Origin: Candidatus Poribacteria bacterium
Lineage (GTDB): Bacteria > Poribacteria > WGA-4E > PCPOR2b
Assembly (NCBI GenBank): GCA_965218095.1
Contig: OZ244587.1
Span: 6,016,001 to 6,080,000, forward strand
DNA: 64,000 nucleotides
Reading direction: 5' to 3'
In this document: piece after piece, positions 52,739 through 60,469 of the stretch
How positions within the stretch are numbered: the first letter of the stretch is position 1
How the letters are laid out: the number at the start of each line of letters is the position of its first letter
Notes under the pieces: model-generated
The model's database searches: none
Told to the model about the DNA's origin: nothing
Seen by the model: the letters and a program-made list of their open reading frames with translations, nothing else
Translations under genes and position numbers: made by a program

Positions 52739-53044
52739 TTTCCACCACCTCGCCGGCTAAAGAGTTGCGTGGTCGTCGCCAAATAGCTCGAGCGCATCAA
52801 GATTGTCAACTAAATCGGCGGCAAAGAGCGCGCTTAACGGATCGGATAACCCCACCCCAACTTTAAAATGGTTAATCCAATGAGTATACTCAGCTATAAT
52901 GTGTTGTTGCACCTCGGCGATTGTACAGGTTGAGTTGTCTCGCATCGCGAGAATGCCTTTATTAACCTTTGGTGCTAATTGGTGGGGATGTAGTCTCCAC
53001 AAGGGATATAGAATTTACATATTCTGTTTTCTGTGTTTTGGTGT

Positions 53045-53524
53045 TTACTCTTCCCTCACAAACGTTCCACTTTTGCCGCCCGTCTTTTTGACTAGTCGAA
53101 TATCCGAAATCACCATCTCCCGATCCACGGCCTTACACATATCGTAGACAGTCAAACCAGCGACGGAGACGGCGGTCAAGGCTTCCATCTCCACACCGGT
53201 CCGTCCGACGGTCTGCACCTCTGCCTCGATTTCGACGCGATGTTCCGCTTCGTTGATTGACAGATCGACTTTGACCGAGGTAAGCGCAAGCGGATGACAG
53301 AGGGGGATGAGATCCCCGGTGCGCTTAGGCCCCATGATGCCAGCGAGTCGAGCCACTTCGAGGACATCGCCTTTTGTGAACCCACGCTCGGCGATTAAAC
53401 GGATCGTTTCTGGTTTTGCGGACACATGCCCGCGTGCCACTGCAACCCGCAGTGTTTCCGCTTTTGGTGTCACATCAGCCATACGGGTATGTCCTTTTTC
53501 GTCAAAATGTGTGAGTTTATTCAT
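53045..53524 (-). CDS. moaC: Cyclic pyranopterin monophosphate synthase
   Basis: [41 protein letters not shown]. Confidence 0.98.
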   Translation of the reverse strand: MNKLTHFDEKGHTRMADVTPKAETLRVAVARGHVSAKPETIRLIAERGFTKGDVLEVARLAGIMGPKRTGDLIPLCHPLALTSVKVDLSINEAEHRVEIEAEVQTVGRTGVEMEALTAVSVAGLTVYDMCKAVDREMVISDIRLVKKTGGKSGTFVREE

Positions 53525-53646
53525 TTTTGCTTTCTCTCCACAACCGAATCATTCAGAGGAACGTCGACCACAAAAAGCCTTTCCTCACACCCAATGAAGA
53601 GTTTGTCTGACTCATGGATTGAATAATAGACCAATGTTCATGGTGA

Positions 53647-53769
53647 TTATGGATTACTGTAATTTTCATCAGACTCTACCTCCTCAACCACCGCCGTCAC
53701 CCAATCAAACTGCGGCTTAAGCGCGGGATAAAGATTTCGATAAATCTGATAGTATTCCTCATAGATCTT
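53647..53769 (-). pseudogene. xylB: Detached C-terminus of xylulokinase
   Basis: KIYEEYYQIYRNLYPALKPQF joins in frame to DNVKIY at 55981 when the IS1595 element is removed. Confidence 0.92.
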
Positions 53770-53789
53770 CGCGCTTATAAGGTTTAGGC

Positions 53790-53818
53790 TTGCAAGTTTT
53801 GTGTAAATTTGATACAAT
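53790..53818 (+). promoter_or_regulatory. Transposase promoter overlapping left IR
   Basis: TTGCAA-N17-TACAAT with extended TGn. Confidence 0.65.
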
Positions 53819-53857
53819 ATAGGCATCAAACCCTTATGAATAAAGGAGTTGAGATGA

Positions 53858-54739
53858 ATGAACTTGTTTGATGCTGTAGAACGATTTTCTGACCAAGAGA
53901 GTTGTATTAAACACTTAGAAACTATCCGCTGGGGTGGCAAACCTGAGTGTCCATATTGCGAAAGTAAAAAGGTTGCACCGAAGAATGAAGCTAGCATAAT
54001 TGGTCGTTGGAATTGCCATACTTGTAAGTCAAGTTTCAATGTGTTACAGGGAACGATATTTCAAGGAACACAGATTCCACTTCAGAAGTGGTTTATGGCT
54101 ATCCTGTTAATGAACGATGCGAAGAAAAGCCTATCAAGTTGTCAAATGGCTCGTCATTTGGACTTAACGCAACCCTCAGCTTGGTTCATGATGAAACGAA
54201 TCAGGTCTGAGATGGGTAGAAAGGGCAAGGTTTTACTGAGAGGAATTATTGAATGCGATGAAACCTACGTGGGCGGTAAGCCCCGACGACGAAAAGACAA
54301 GGACGGGAACTTGCCTCCACCGAGCAAGCGAGGTAGAGGCACGAAGAAAACGCCCGTTATCGGTGCTGTTGAACGGGCTGGGAATGTTGTGGCGCGTGTA
54401 GCTACGAGTTTGAGTCGTAAGGGCGTTTTGGGGTTCATCAAAGGCGTTATTGAGAAGCCGAAGGATTCAGTTCTAATGACAGATGAGTTCTCATCGTATG
54501 AGGCGGTTGATGGGCTCATGCCTCACCATGTCATCAGACACAAGAACTGGCAGTACGTGGACGGTAATACCCACACAAACACGATTGAAGGGTTCTGGTC
54601 GCTGGTGAAACGTGCGTTTCATGGTACACATCACCACTACAAGCATGTTTCGCTCTACATCGCTGAGGCGTGTTACAAGTACAACAACCGGAAGAACCGG
54701 AACATCTTCAAGAAGTTTATCAGGGAATGCTTTGTGTAG
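53858..54739 (+). CDS. IS1595 family transposase
   Basis: Zn ribbon CPYC..CHTC, GTIF..T.IPL.KWF, ECDETYVGG, TDE, NTIEGFWSLVKR, Y..E..Y.YN.R. Confidence 0.97.
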   Translation: MNLFDAVERFSDQESCIKHLETIRWGGKPECPYCESKKVAPKNEASIIGRWNCHTCKSSFNVLQGTIFQGTQIPLQKWFMAILLMNDAKKSLSSCQMARHLDLTQPSAWFMMKRIRSEMGRKGKVLLRGIIECDETYVGGKPRRRKDKDGNLPPPSKRGRGTKKTPVIGAVERAGNVVARVATSLSRKGVLGFIKGVIEKPKDSVLMTDEFSSYEAVDGLMPHHVIRHKNWQYVDGNTHTNTIEGFWSLVKRAFHGTHHHYKHVSLYIAEACYKYNNRKNRNIFKKFIRECFV

Positions 54740-54777
54740 GGTGGGAAAACCTCTGGAGACTCCATAGAAGGATTAGA

Positions 54778-54972
54778 TTACACTATTTCCAACCTTTTGA
54801 AAATGGTTGTAATTAGTGTGTAGTCATTTTTAAGTAACTGAATTGCAACTCTTAAATCTTCTACGGTTGCAGTAGAGGTAAATAACCTCTCTTCAATTCG
54901 GTGGGTTTTATCAGCATGTTTTTGTAGATGTTCTTTAACACGTTGAATATCCACCTTCCTTTGTGATGACAT
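54778..54972 (-). CDS. Small hypothetical cargo protein (64 aa)
   Basis: RBS AAAGGAGG. AT-rich and enclosed by an inverted repeat. Confidence 0.65.
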   Translation of the reverse strand: MSSQRKVDIQRVKEHLQKHADKTHRIEERLFTSTATVEDLRVAIQLLKNDYTLITTIFKRLEIV

Positions 54973-55103
54973 AACATCTGCCTCCTTTCTGAGTCATATT
55001 TTCAGAGGTTTTCCCATAAGGGAGTGTCCGGTGGGAGCCGGACACTCTAGCAACAAAATATCAGGGAGTGCTTTGTGTAGCACCCCCTGATATTGCCTAA
55101 GAG

Positions 55104-55214
55104 TTATTGCTTAGGCGTAGCCGTATAAGGACTGCTATACGGCGTTTGATTACCCTTACGTTTAGCGATTTTGAGTACGATAAACGTAAAGGTTTTGCGT
55201 ATTTTTATAAACAC
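55104..55214 (-). CDS. Putative 36-aa basic peptide
   Basis: AAAGGAGG RBS then GTG. MFIKIRKTFTFIVLKIAKRKGNQTPYSSPYTATPKQ, translated by hand. Confidence 0.4.
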   Translation of the reverse strand: MFIKIRKTFTFIVLKIAKRKGNQTPYSSPYTATPKQ

Positions 55215-55341
55215 GATAATCCCTCCTTTCATTGGAATAAGTCGTGATGCAGAGGGTGTTATCAGCAGTTGTCCGTATATGTGGACTTACAAGCGTGCCG
55301 TCTTTACGCCTGTAAGACTTGATGTATTTGATGCGTGGCAT
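55162..55341 (-). CDS. Putative 59-aa basic protein with YRRKDGTLVSPHIRT motif
   Basis: AAAGGAG RBS then ATG. Below the ORF-track cutoff and translated by hand. Confidence 0.6.
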   Translation of the reverse strand: MPRIKYIKSYRRKDGTLVSPHIRTTADNTLCITTYSNERRDYRVYKNTQNLYVYRTQNR

Positions 55342-55406
55342 GGGGGGTCTCCTTTGCCATGTTGTGGCGGTGGGGGTGCTATAACACCCCCTCGCCTGTT
55401 TTATGT

Positions 55407-55847
55407 CTATCTCATGTGCAATCTTCTAGCAACATTTCGGAGGGTTGTTTCGGTTTGCCCAAATCGTTCCTCCATTTGGGCATAACGCCCCTCTATACTA
55501 TCTATTGACTTGATGACTGCTACATGAGTTGCAAGGGTAGTTGTCATGTACCTGTCCATTCTCGTTACTGACTGTTGAAAAGAATCAAGTTTCTTGTCAA
55601 TATCTTCAACAGGTACGGTTTTCTTCGCAGTTGCATCTCTAGTTTTCAGATTCTCTGCGATGTTGGTAAGCTCTACCCTTCTTAAATTGACGACTTCTTC
55701 TTTCAGTTGTTTTGCTTCATCTCTGAAGTCTATGAAGGACTTTCTGATACTATACAAATCGTCACTACTGGGAATGTGTTTCCAAATGAACTTTCCAGCA
55801 GCAATGATAATGAGTATATCCGCTACTACACTAAGAAAATCACTCAT
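55407..55847 (-). CDS. Cargo protein: N-terminal membrane anchor plus coiled coil (146 aa)
   Basis: FLSVVADILIIIAAGKFIW followed by heptad-rich helices. RBS AAAGGA. Confidence 0.75.
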   Translation of the reverse strand: MSDFLSVVADILIIIAAGKFIWKHIPSSDDLYSIRKSFIDFRDEAKQLKEEVVNLRRVELTNIAENLKTRDATAKKTVPVEDIDKKLDSFQQSVTRMDRYMTTTLATHVAVIKSIDSIEGRYAQMEERFGQTETTLRNVARRLHMR

Positions 55848-55931
55848 TGGGGTGTCCTTTACTTTGGCGAGGAAAGGTAAAACAAGCCAACGATTTAATA
55901 AACTTCAGAATCACAGGCTTGTAACACCCCA

Positions 55932-55960
55932 ATAATATCACATATTCAAAGAATCTGCAA
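55932..55960 (-). promoter_or_regulatory. Inward cargo promoter overlapping right IR
   Basis: TTGCAG-N17-TATTAT with extended TGn on the minus strand. Confidence 0.6.
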
Positions 55961-57428
55961 GCCAATTATTTATAAATGCGTAGATCTTTACGTTGTCAGG
56001 AATCGGTTGCGTCGTTGACGTAATCTTGACGATCTCATTCGCCGCGCTCTCAACACTGTCGTAAACTCCCGTGCCGACGCCCGCGAGAATTGCCGCGCCA
56101 AATGCGGGGCCTTCGGCGATGTTGATTGTGACCAACTCGGCGTTATAGACATCGGCTTGGATCTGCCGCCAAAGCGGACTCCGCGCCCCACCGCCGGTGG
56201 CGCAGATCTGCTCGATCGGAACATCCAGTTCACGAATAATCTCCAATGAGTCCCGCAAGACGTAGGCGACGCCCTCCATCACCGATCGAACCAGGTGCGG
56301 CTTGCCGTGCCGTAGTGTCATACCGAAGAACGTCGCTTTGGCATTCGCATCCGCGTGCGGCGTCCGTTCGCCGGTGAGGTACGGCAAGAAAATTAAGCCC
56401 TCGCTGCCGACGGGCGCTTCCGCTGCTTCTCTGGTCAAAATCTCATACGGATCGACGCCCTCGATTTTTGCCGCTGCAACCTCATGGTCACCTAAACTAT
56501 CGCGGAACCAGCGAAATGCCCCCCCGGCTGAAAGCACCACGCCCATCAAATACCATTTATGCGGCGCGGAATGGCAAAAGCTGTGCGCTCGCAAGTTCAA
56601 GTCAACCTTGGCTTCATCGGTATGCGCAACGATTGCCCCTGATGTCCCAACACTCGCTGAAACCCGTCCTGCTTTGACAATCCCGTTGCCGACAGCGCTG
56701 CAAGCGTTGTCCGCCCCGCCCCCAACGACTGACGTTTCCGCCCTGAGTCCCGTCAATTCGGCGACCTCGGCGGTAATCTTTCCGCAGACATCAACCGATT
56801 CGTACACGGGCGGCAGGAGGTCCGAATCGATATCGAGTTTACGCAGCACTTCCTCAGACCAGCGGCGATTCCGCACATCAAACAGGAGCGTCCCTGCGGC
56901 ATCAGAAACCTCCGCGGCGATTTCTCCCGTCAAGCAGAAGCGGACGTAATCTTTTGGGAGGAGTATCGTTGTGGTTTTGTCCAGGACTTCCGGCTCATTA
57001 TCTCGAACCCAGATCGCTTTCGGCGCAGTAAATCCCTCGAGTGCAGGGTTGCATGTGCTTTGTACCAACAGGTTTTCGCCGACAGTCCCTGTGATGTAGC
57101 GGCATTGCTCAGTTGTTCTCACATCGCACCAGAGGATCGCCGGACGCAGCACGCGACGTTCGCCGTCCATCAGCACCAGGCCGTGCATCTGCCCGGAAAG
57201 CCCCAATCCCTTGATCTCGTCAGGCAAAACCTGCGATTCGGCAAGCACCCTTTGGATGGATTTCACTATTGCCTGCCACCAGTCCTCGGAGTCTTGTTCC
57301 GCCCATTTCGGTTGAGGCGTGTGCAGCGGATACTCCTCTAACGCACTCGCGTGGAGTTTACCCGCTTCATCAACGAGGATGGTTTTTGCACCTGTTGTTC
57401 CAACATCAATTCCGATGAGATATGTCAT
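55938..57428 (-). CDS. xylB: Xylulokinase, C-terminally truncated by the transposon
   Basis: GIDVGTT, SGQMHG, LWCD.RT, LPKDY, GGGADN, GTSG, YLTGERTPH, GGGARS. The last 13 aa are IS-derived. Confidence 0.92.
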   Translation of the reverse strand: MTYLIGIDVGTTGAKTILVDEAGKLHASALEEYPLHTPQPKWAEQDSEDWWQAIVKSIQRVLAESQVLPDEIKGLGLSGQMHGLVLMDGERRVLRPAILWCDVRTTEQCRYITGTVGENLLVQSTCNPALEGFTAPKAIWVRDNEPEVLDKTTTILLPKDYVRFCLTGEIAAEVSDAAGTLLFDVRNRRWSEEVLRKLDIDSDLLPPVYESVDVCGKITAEVAELTGLRAETSVVGGGADNACSAVGNGIVKAGRVSASVGTSGAIVAHTDEAKVDLNLRAHSFCHSAPHKWYLMGVVLSAGGAFRWFRDSLGDHEVAAAKIEGVDPYEILTREAAEAPVGSEGLIFLPYLTGERTPHADANAKATFFGMTLRHGKPHLVRSVMEGVAYVLRDSLEIIRELDVPIEQICATGGGARSPLWRQIQADVYNAELVTINIAEGPAFGAAILAGVGTGVYDSVESAANEIVKITSTTQPIPDNVKIYAFINNWLADSLNM

Positions 57429-57473
57429 GCATTCTCTCCTTGATTTCTACTTCAATAATCATATTTCTCCATC

Positions 57474-57670
57474 TCATGCGTATCCTTCTAGCTGCCAGTT
57501 TAGAAACTGCGTGACGTCACTCGCCGCCGAGTCAGCGTGCCCTCTGACGTAATCGCTTGGGTTGTGCAAAGCAGTTTCAATCACAGGCTTGACCCGTTTT
57601 TCATCCAACTGACTGAAACGGCGTACGAGGTGTCCAAAGCCCAGCACTGCGTTCCCACGTATATTTTTTC
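57474..57670 (-). pseudogene. C-terminal remnant of a small HEAT-like (immunity-type) protein
   Basis: NIRGNAVLGFGHLVRRF..LD...VKPVIE.AL..PSDYVRGHADSAASDV in an unstarted frame. Confidence 0.5.
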
Positions 57671-57908
57671 CGTAAATAACGAATCAAGTCTCCGCGCTTA
57701 ATCGGACCAGAGCGAGGCATTTCTGGCATGACCTAAAGCCGCCTGTATGTAATTCGTCAAAATCGTTGTGCTCCTTGTGCGCGAAGCGTGGTCATTGATA
57801 CAGGAATGCGGAAATACAAATGTATCCTCACATCCCTATATCAATAATTCTCCACATCTTTGTATCTGCGACGACACTTCGCTGCTCCCTATGCTTAGTG
57901 AAGAACCC

Positions 57909-59150
57909 TTACTGCCCCGGATACGCCCGGTTTTCCAACTCCGCGATAAACTTCTCCGCCGAAATTGCCGCTGCGGCGCCGGCGCCGCCGGCAGTAATCG
58001 CCTGTCGGAAGACGTGATCGTGTACATCACCCGCTGCAAAGACGCCCTCAATGTTTGTACGCTGGAGTTTGTCAGCGATAATGTATTCTTGCTCATCCAT
58101 GTCGATAACCCCTTTGAATAGCTCAGTATTCGGGATGTGTCCAATGAAAATAAACACCCCATCAATCGGGAACACCTGCTTTTCGTCGGTCTTCACATTT
58201 CTGAGCAGCGCGCCGGTGACCTTTTCACCATCGCCGCGGATGTCTTCAACGACCGTATCCCAAATGAACCGAATCTTGTCGTTTTTGAAGGCGCGTTCTT
58301 GCATAATTTGGCTAGCACGAAGCTGATCTCGACGGTGAACGACATAAACCTCTGAGGCATACTTTGTCAGAAATATCCCCTCCTCAAGGGCAGCGTCGCC
58401 GCCACCGACAACGATGAGGCGTTGGTTCTGAAAGAAGAACCCATCACAGGTCGCGCAGTAGGAAACGCCACGCCCACCGTATTCTTCCTCACCGCGAATG
58501 TCGAGTGTACGTGGCGAAGCACCGGTGCAGATAATGACGGCTTTGGCAAGATATTCCTTTTCGTAGGTTTTCAAGTAGAACGGGTGGCGATTGAAATCAA
58601 CCTCCGCCACCATGTCAAACCGCACCTCTGTCCCGAAACGCTCGGCTTGCTCTTGCATCCCCTTGATGAACTCGGCAGCTTCGGTGCCAAAGAAGCCCGG
58701 ATAGTTTTCGAGGTCGAGTGTTAGTGAGAGTTGCCCACCAAGCGCGTCCCCGGTGATGAGCAGTGGTTCGAGCATCGCCCGTGAAGTGTAGACACCTGCG
58801 GCGAAACCAGCTATCCCTCCACCAATGATAATGACGTTACGTTCTTCTAAACCATCGCCATCGTTTTTTTGGGGTTCTGTCACTTGCGTTTCTCCTCCTT
58901 GTCGAAATATCTCATCCAATTCGCCCGAATTCGCAAGTTCTGCCAGATCATCATCATCGCCAATATGCTGATCATCGATGAAGATTTGCGGCACATCACG
59001 TCTTTCCGTCAACTGTTGGATTTCATCGCGCATTGAGGGGTTTCCGTAGATGTTGATCTCTTCAAATTCGAGTCCTTTACTTTCAAGGATATATTTTGCC
59101 CGATCACAGTATGAGCAAAAATCAGTCGTGTATATTCTGATATGTGGCAT
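57909..59150 (-). CDS. trxB: Glutaredoxin-thioredoxin reductase fusion
   Basis: Grx CSYC and VPQIFI, then GGGIAG, VSYCATCDG, GGGDAA, HRRD.LRA, FAAGDV, RQAITA. Confidence 0.93.
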   Translation of the reverse strand: MPHIRIYTTDFCSYCDRAKYILESKGLEFEEINIYGNPSMRDEIQQLTERRDVPQIFIDDQHIGDDDDLAELANSGELDEIFRQGGETQVTEPQKNDGDGLEERNVIIIGGGIAGFAAGVYTSRAMLEPLLITGDALGGQLSLTLDLENYPGFFGTEAAEFIKGMQEQAERFGTEVRFDMVAEVDFNRHPFYLKTYEKEYLAKAVIICTGASPRTLDIRGEEEYGGRGVSYCATCDGFFFQNQRLIVVGGGDAALEEGIFLTKYASEVYVVHRRDQLRASQIMQERAFKNDKIRFIWDTVVEDIRGDGEKVTGALLRNVKTDEKQVFPIDGVFIFIGHIPNTELFKGVIDMDEQEYIIADKLQRTNIEGVFAAGDVHDHVFRQAITAGGAGAAAAISAEKFIAELENRAYPGQ

Positions 59151-59200
59151 TTATGAGATCCTTTCATGTACCTAAGGTTAATTTGGAAATTTCTGGGGTA

Positions 59201-60019
59201 TCAGTACCGTCTTTCCCAACGCCAGCTATCGTTTCCAGAGATTAACGGCTGAATCTCCTCAGGCAAGGTTTCGATAAATTCAGGACTGATTTCATTTCCG
59301 GGCCACTCGCGCAGCATCGGTGGTGTATATCCGGCGACCAGGATGGTGCGTTCCTTGTCGCTACGGATGGCGGTCGTGCTGTGGATAAGGGCTTCTGCGA
59401 AGAGGAGTACAGAGCCAGCGGTCGCTTCAACTTGATAAATCAGCTTGTCGTCTGATAGCGCGGCTTCAATCATCTCCTCTCGAGGCCAGGTGAGCCGGTG
59501 ACTACCCGGAATAACGCAGGTGCCGCCATCGTCGGGGCCCACATTGGTAAGATAAGCCAACGTCTTCACGAAGATGCAATGGAATTTGTTTTGCTCAATG
59601 TAAGTCCCCCAACCGTGCTGTGTCCCGCGATGAAACCCGGTGGGATTGTAACGTTGCTTGTAGAGTTCTTTGAGGTCTGCATTTGGATCTCGGTGGTTGA
59701 TGATTGCTTCGGTCTCCTCAAGGCGCACCTTGCCACCGACAATGTCCTCAACAAGCGGTACCAATTTGGGATGGGTAGCATATTCCAGCAAAGCGGGATC
59801 GTACTCAACCAGGTTGCCCAAAAGTATATGGTGGTCGCCCCGCTTGTGAGTGTAAACCCGCTTGGATTTCAGAGTAGGATCGGCTTTCATGCGATAGAGT
59901 GCGTCCTTCATTCGGGACCCTTCATCAGGCGTCAGGACGTTCTCCAGCAAGACAAAACCGTAGATGTCGAAGTGTAGGCGTTGCGCCGGTGTAAGACTAA
60001 CTGTTTCGGTGTTTTCCAT
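59201..60019 (-). CDS. PhyH family Fe(II)/2OG enzyme with HxG motif
   Basis: FDIYGF, FHRG, DGGT.VIPGSH, GSVLLFAEALIH, R. Confidence 0.88.
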   Translation of the reverse strand: MENTETVSLTPAQRLHFDIYGFVLLENVLTPDEGSRMKDALYRMKADPTLKSKRVYTHKRGDHHILLGNLVEYDPALLEYATHPKLVPLVEDIVGGKVRLEETEAIINHRDPNADLKELYKQRYNPTGFHRGTQHGWGTYIEQNKFHCIFVKTLAYLTNVGPDDGGTCVIPGSHRLTWPREEMIEAALSDDKLIYQVEATAGSVLLFAEALIHSTTAIRSDKERTILVAGYTPPMLREWPGNEISPEFIETLPEEIQPLISGNDSWRWERRY

Positions 60020-60033
60020 ACTCATGAATCCTT

Positions 60034-60111
60034 TCATAATATCCTGTGTGGCTCTCCCTCAATTTGTACCCTCCAATTATTGAAATTCTCGTCAGCAGCT
60101 AGCCGTAGCAT
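60034..60111 (-). pseudogene. Deleted DUF5615/PIN-like toxin stub
   Basis: MLRLAADENFNN overlaps the DUF433 stop, then ends after 25 aa. Confidence 0.7.
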
Positions 60112-60451
60112 GACTCACAGCCTCCTGCTTGGTACGCCGAGCTAACAGACAGTCACACACGCCGTTCAGGTCAAATCGAAACTCATTCTGCTTGCGTATG
60201 CTATCTGCTTGCTTTTGTCGCTGTCGCAAATAAGCTTCTACCTCCTTATGTCGCCGCAGATAGTGTGCAATCACAGCATACACATCGGCTAGATGGAGGG
60301 AGGGATACTGATGCGCAATCTCTCCAGCGGTTGCACCTTCATTAAACGCCGCCACAATTGTATCGAGCGTTATACGAGTCCCGCCAACACGAATAACACC
60401 ACCAGTGTCCATCTCTAGCGGGATTAGTTCGGTTTCGATTAAAAAAGACAT
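60092..60451 (-). CDS. DUF433 family antitoxin-like protein
   Basis: RVGGTRITLDTIV...GAT..EI..QYPSL.LADVYAVIA.Y. Confidence 0.92.
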   Translation of the reverse strand: MSFLIETELIPLEMDTGGVIRVGGTRITLDTIVAAFNEGATAGEIAHQYPSLHLADVYAVIAHYLRRHKEVEAYLRQRQKQADSIRKQNEFRFDLNGVCDCLLARRTKQEAVSHATASC

Positions 60452-60469
60452 GATATACCCTCCTGGTTT

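Larger units (their letters stand above)
55022..55396. other. Array of about eight stem-loops in transposon cargo
   Basis: Stems at 55022-55047, 55057-55094, 55095-55116, 55120-55143, 55154-55192, 55286-55316, about 55337-55362, and 55366-55396. Confidence 0.8.
53770..55980 (+). mobile_element. IS1595-family cargo-carrying transposon (2211 bp)
   Basis: 8-bp TSD TAGATCTT at 53762 and 55981. Imperfect 25-bp IRs CGCGCTTATAAGGTTTAGGCTTGCA / CGCATTTATAAATAATTGGCTTGCA. Confidence 0.95.

Noticed and set aside
53647-54039. 130-aa minus-strand ORF as a gene
   Set aside because: It is transposon antisense sequence joined to the detached xylB tail.
55022-55396. Classical integron attC sites or a tRNA in the transposon cargo
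   Set aside because: No consistent RYYYAAC/GTTRRRY boxes, no integrase, and no cloverleaf or T-loop consensus.
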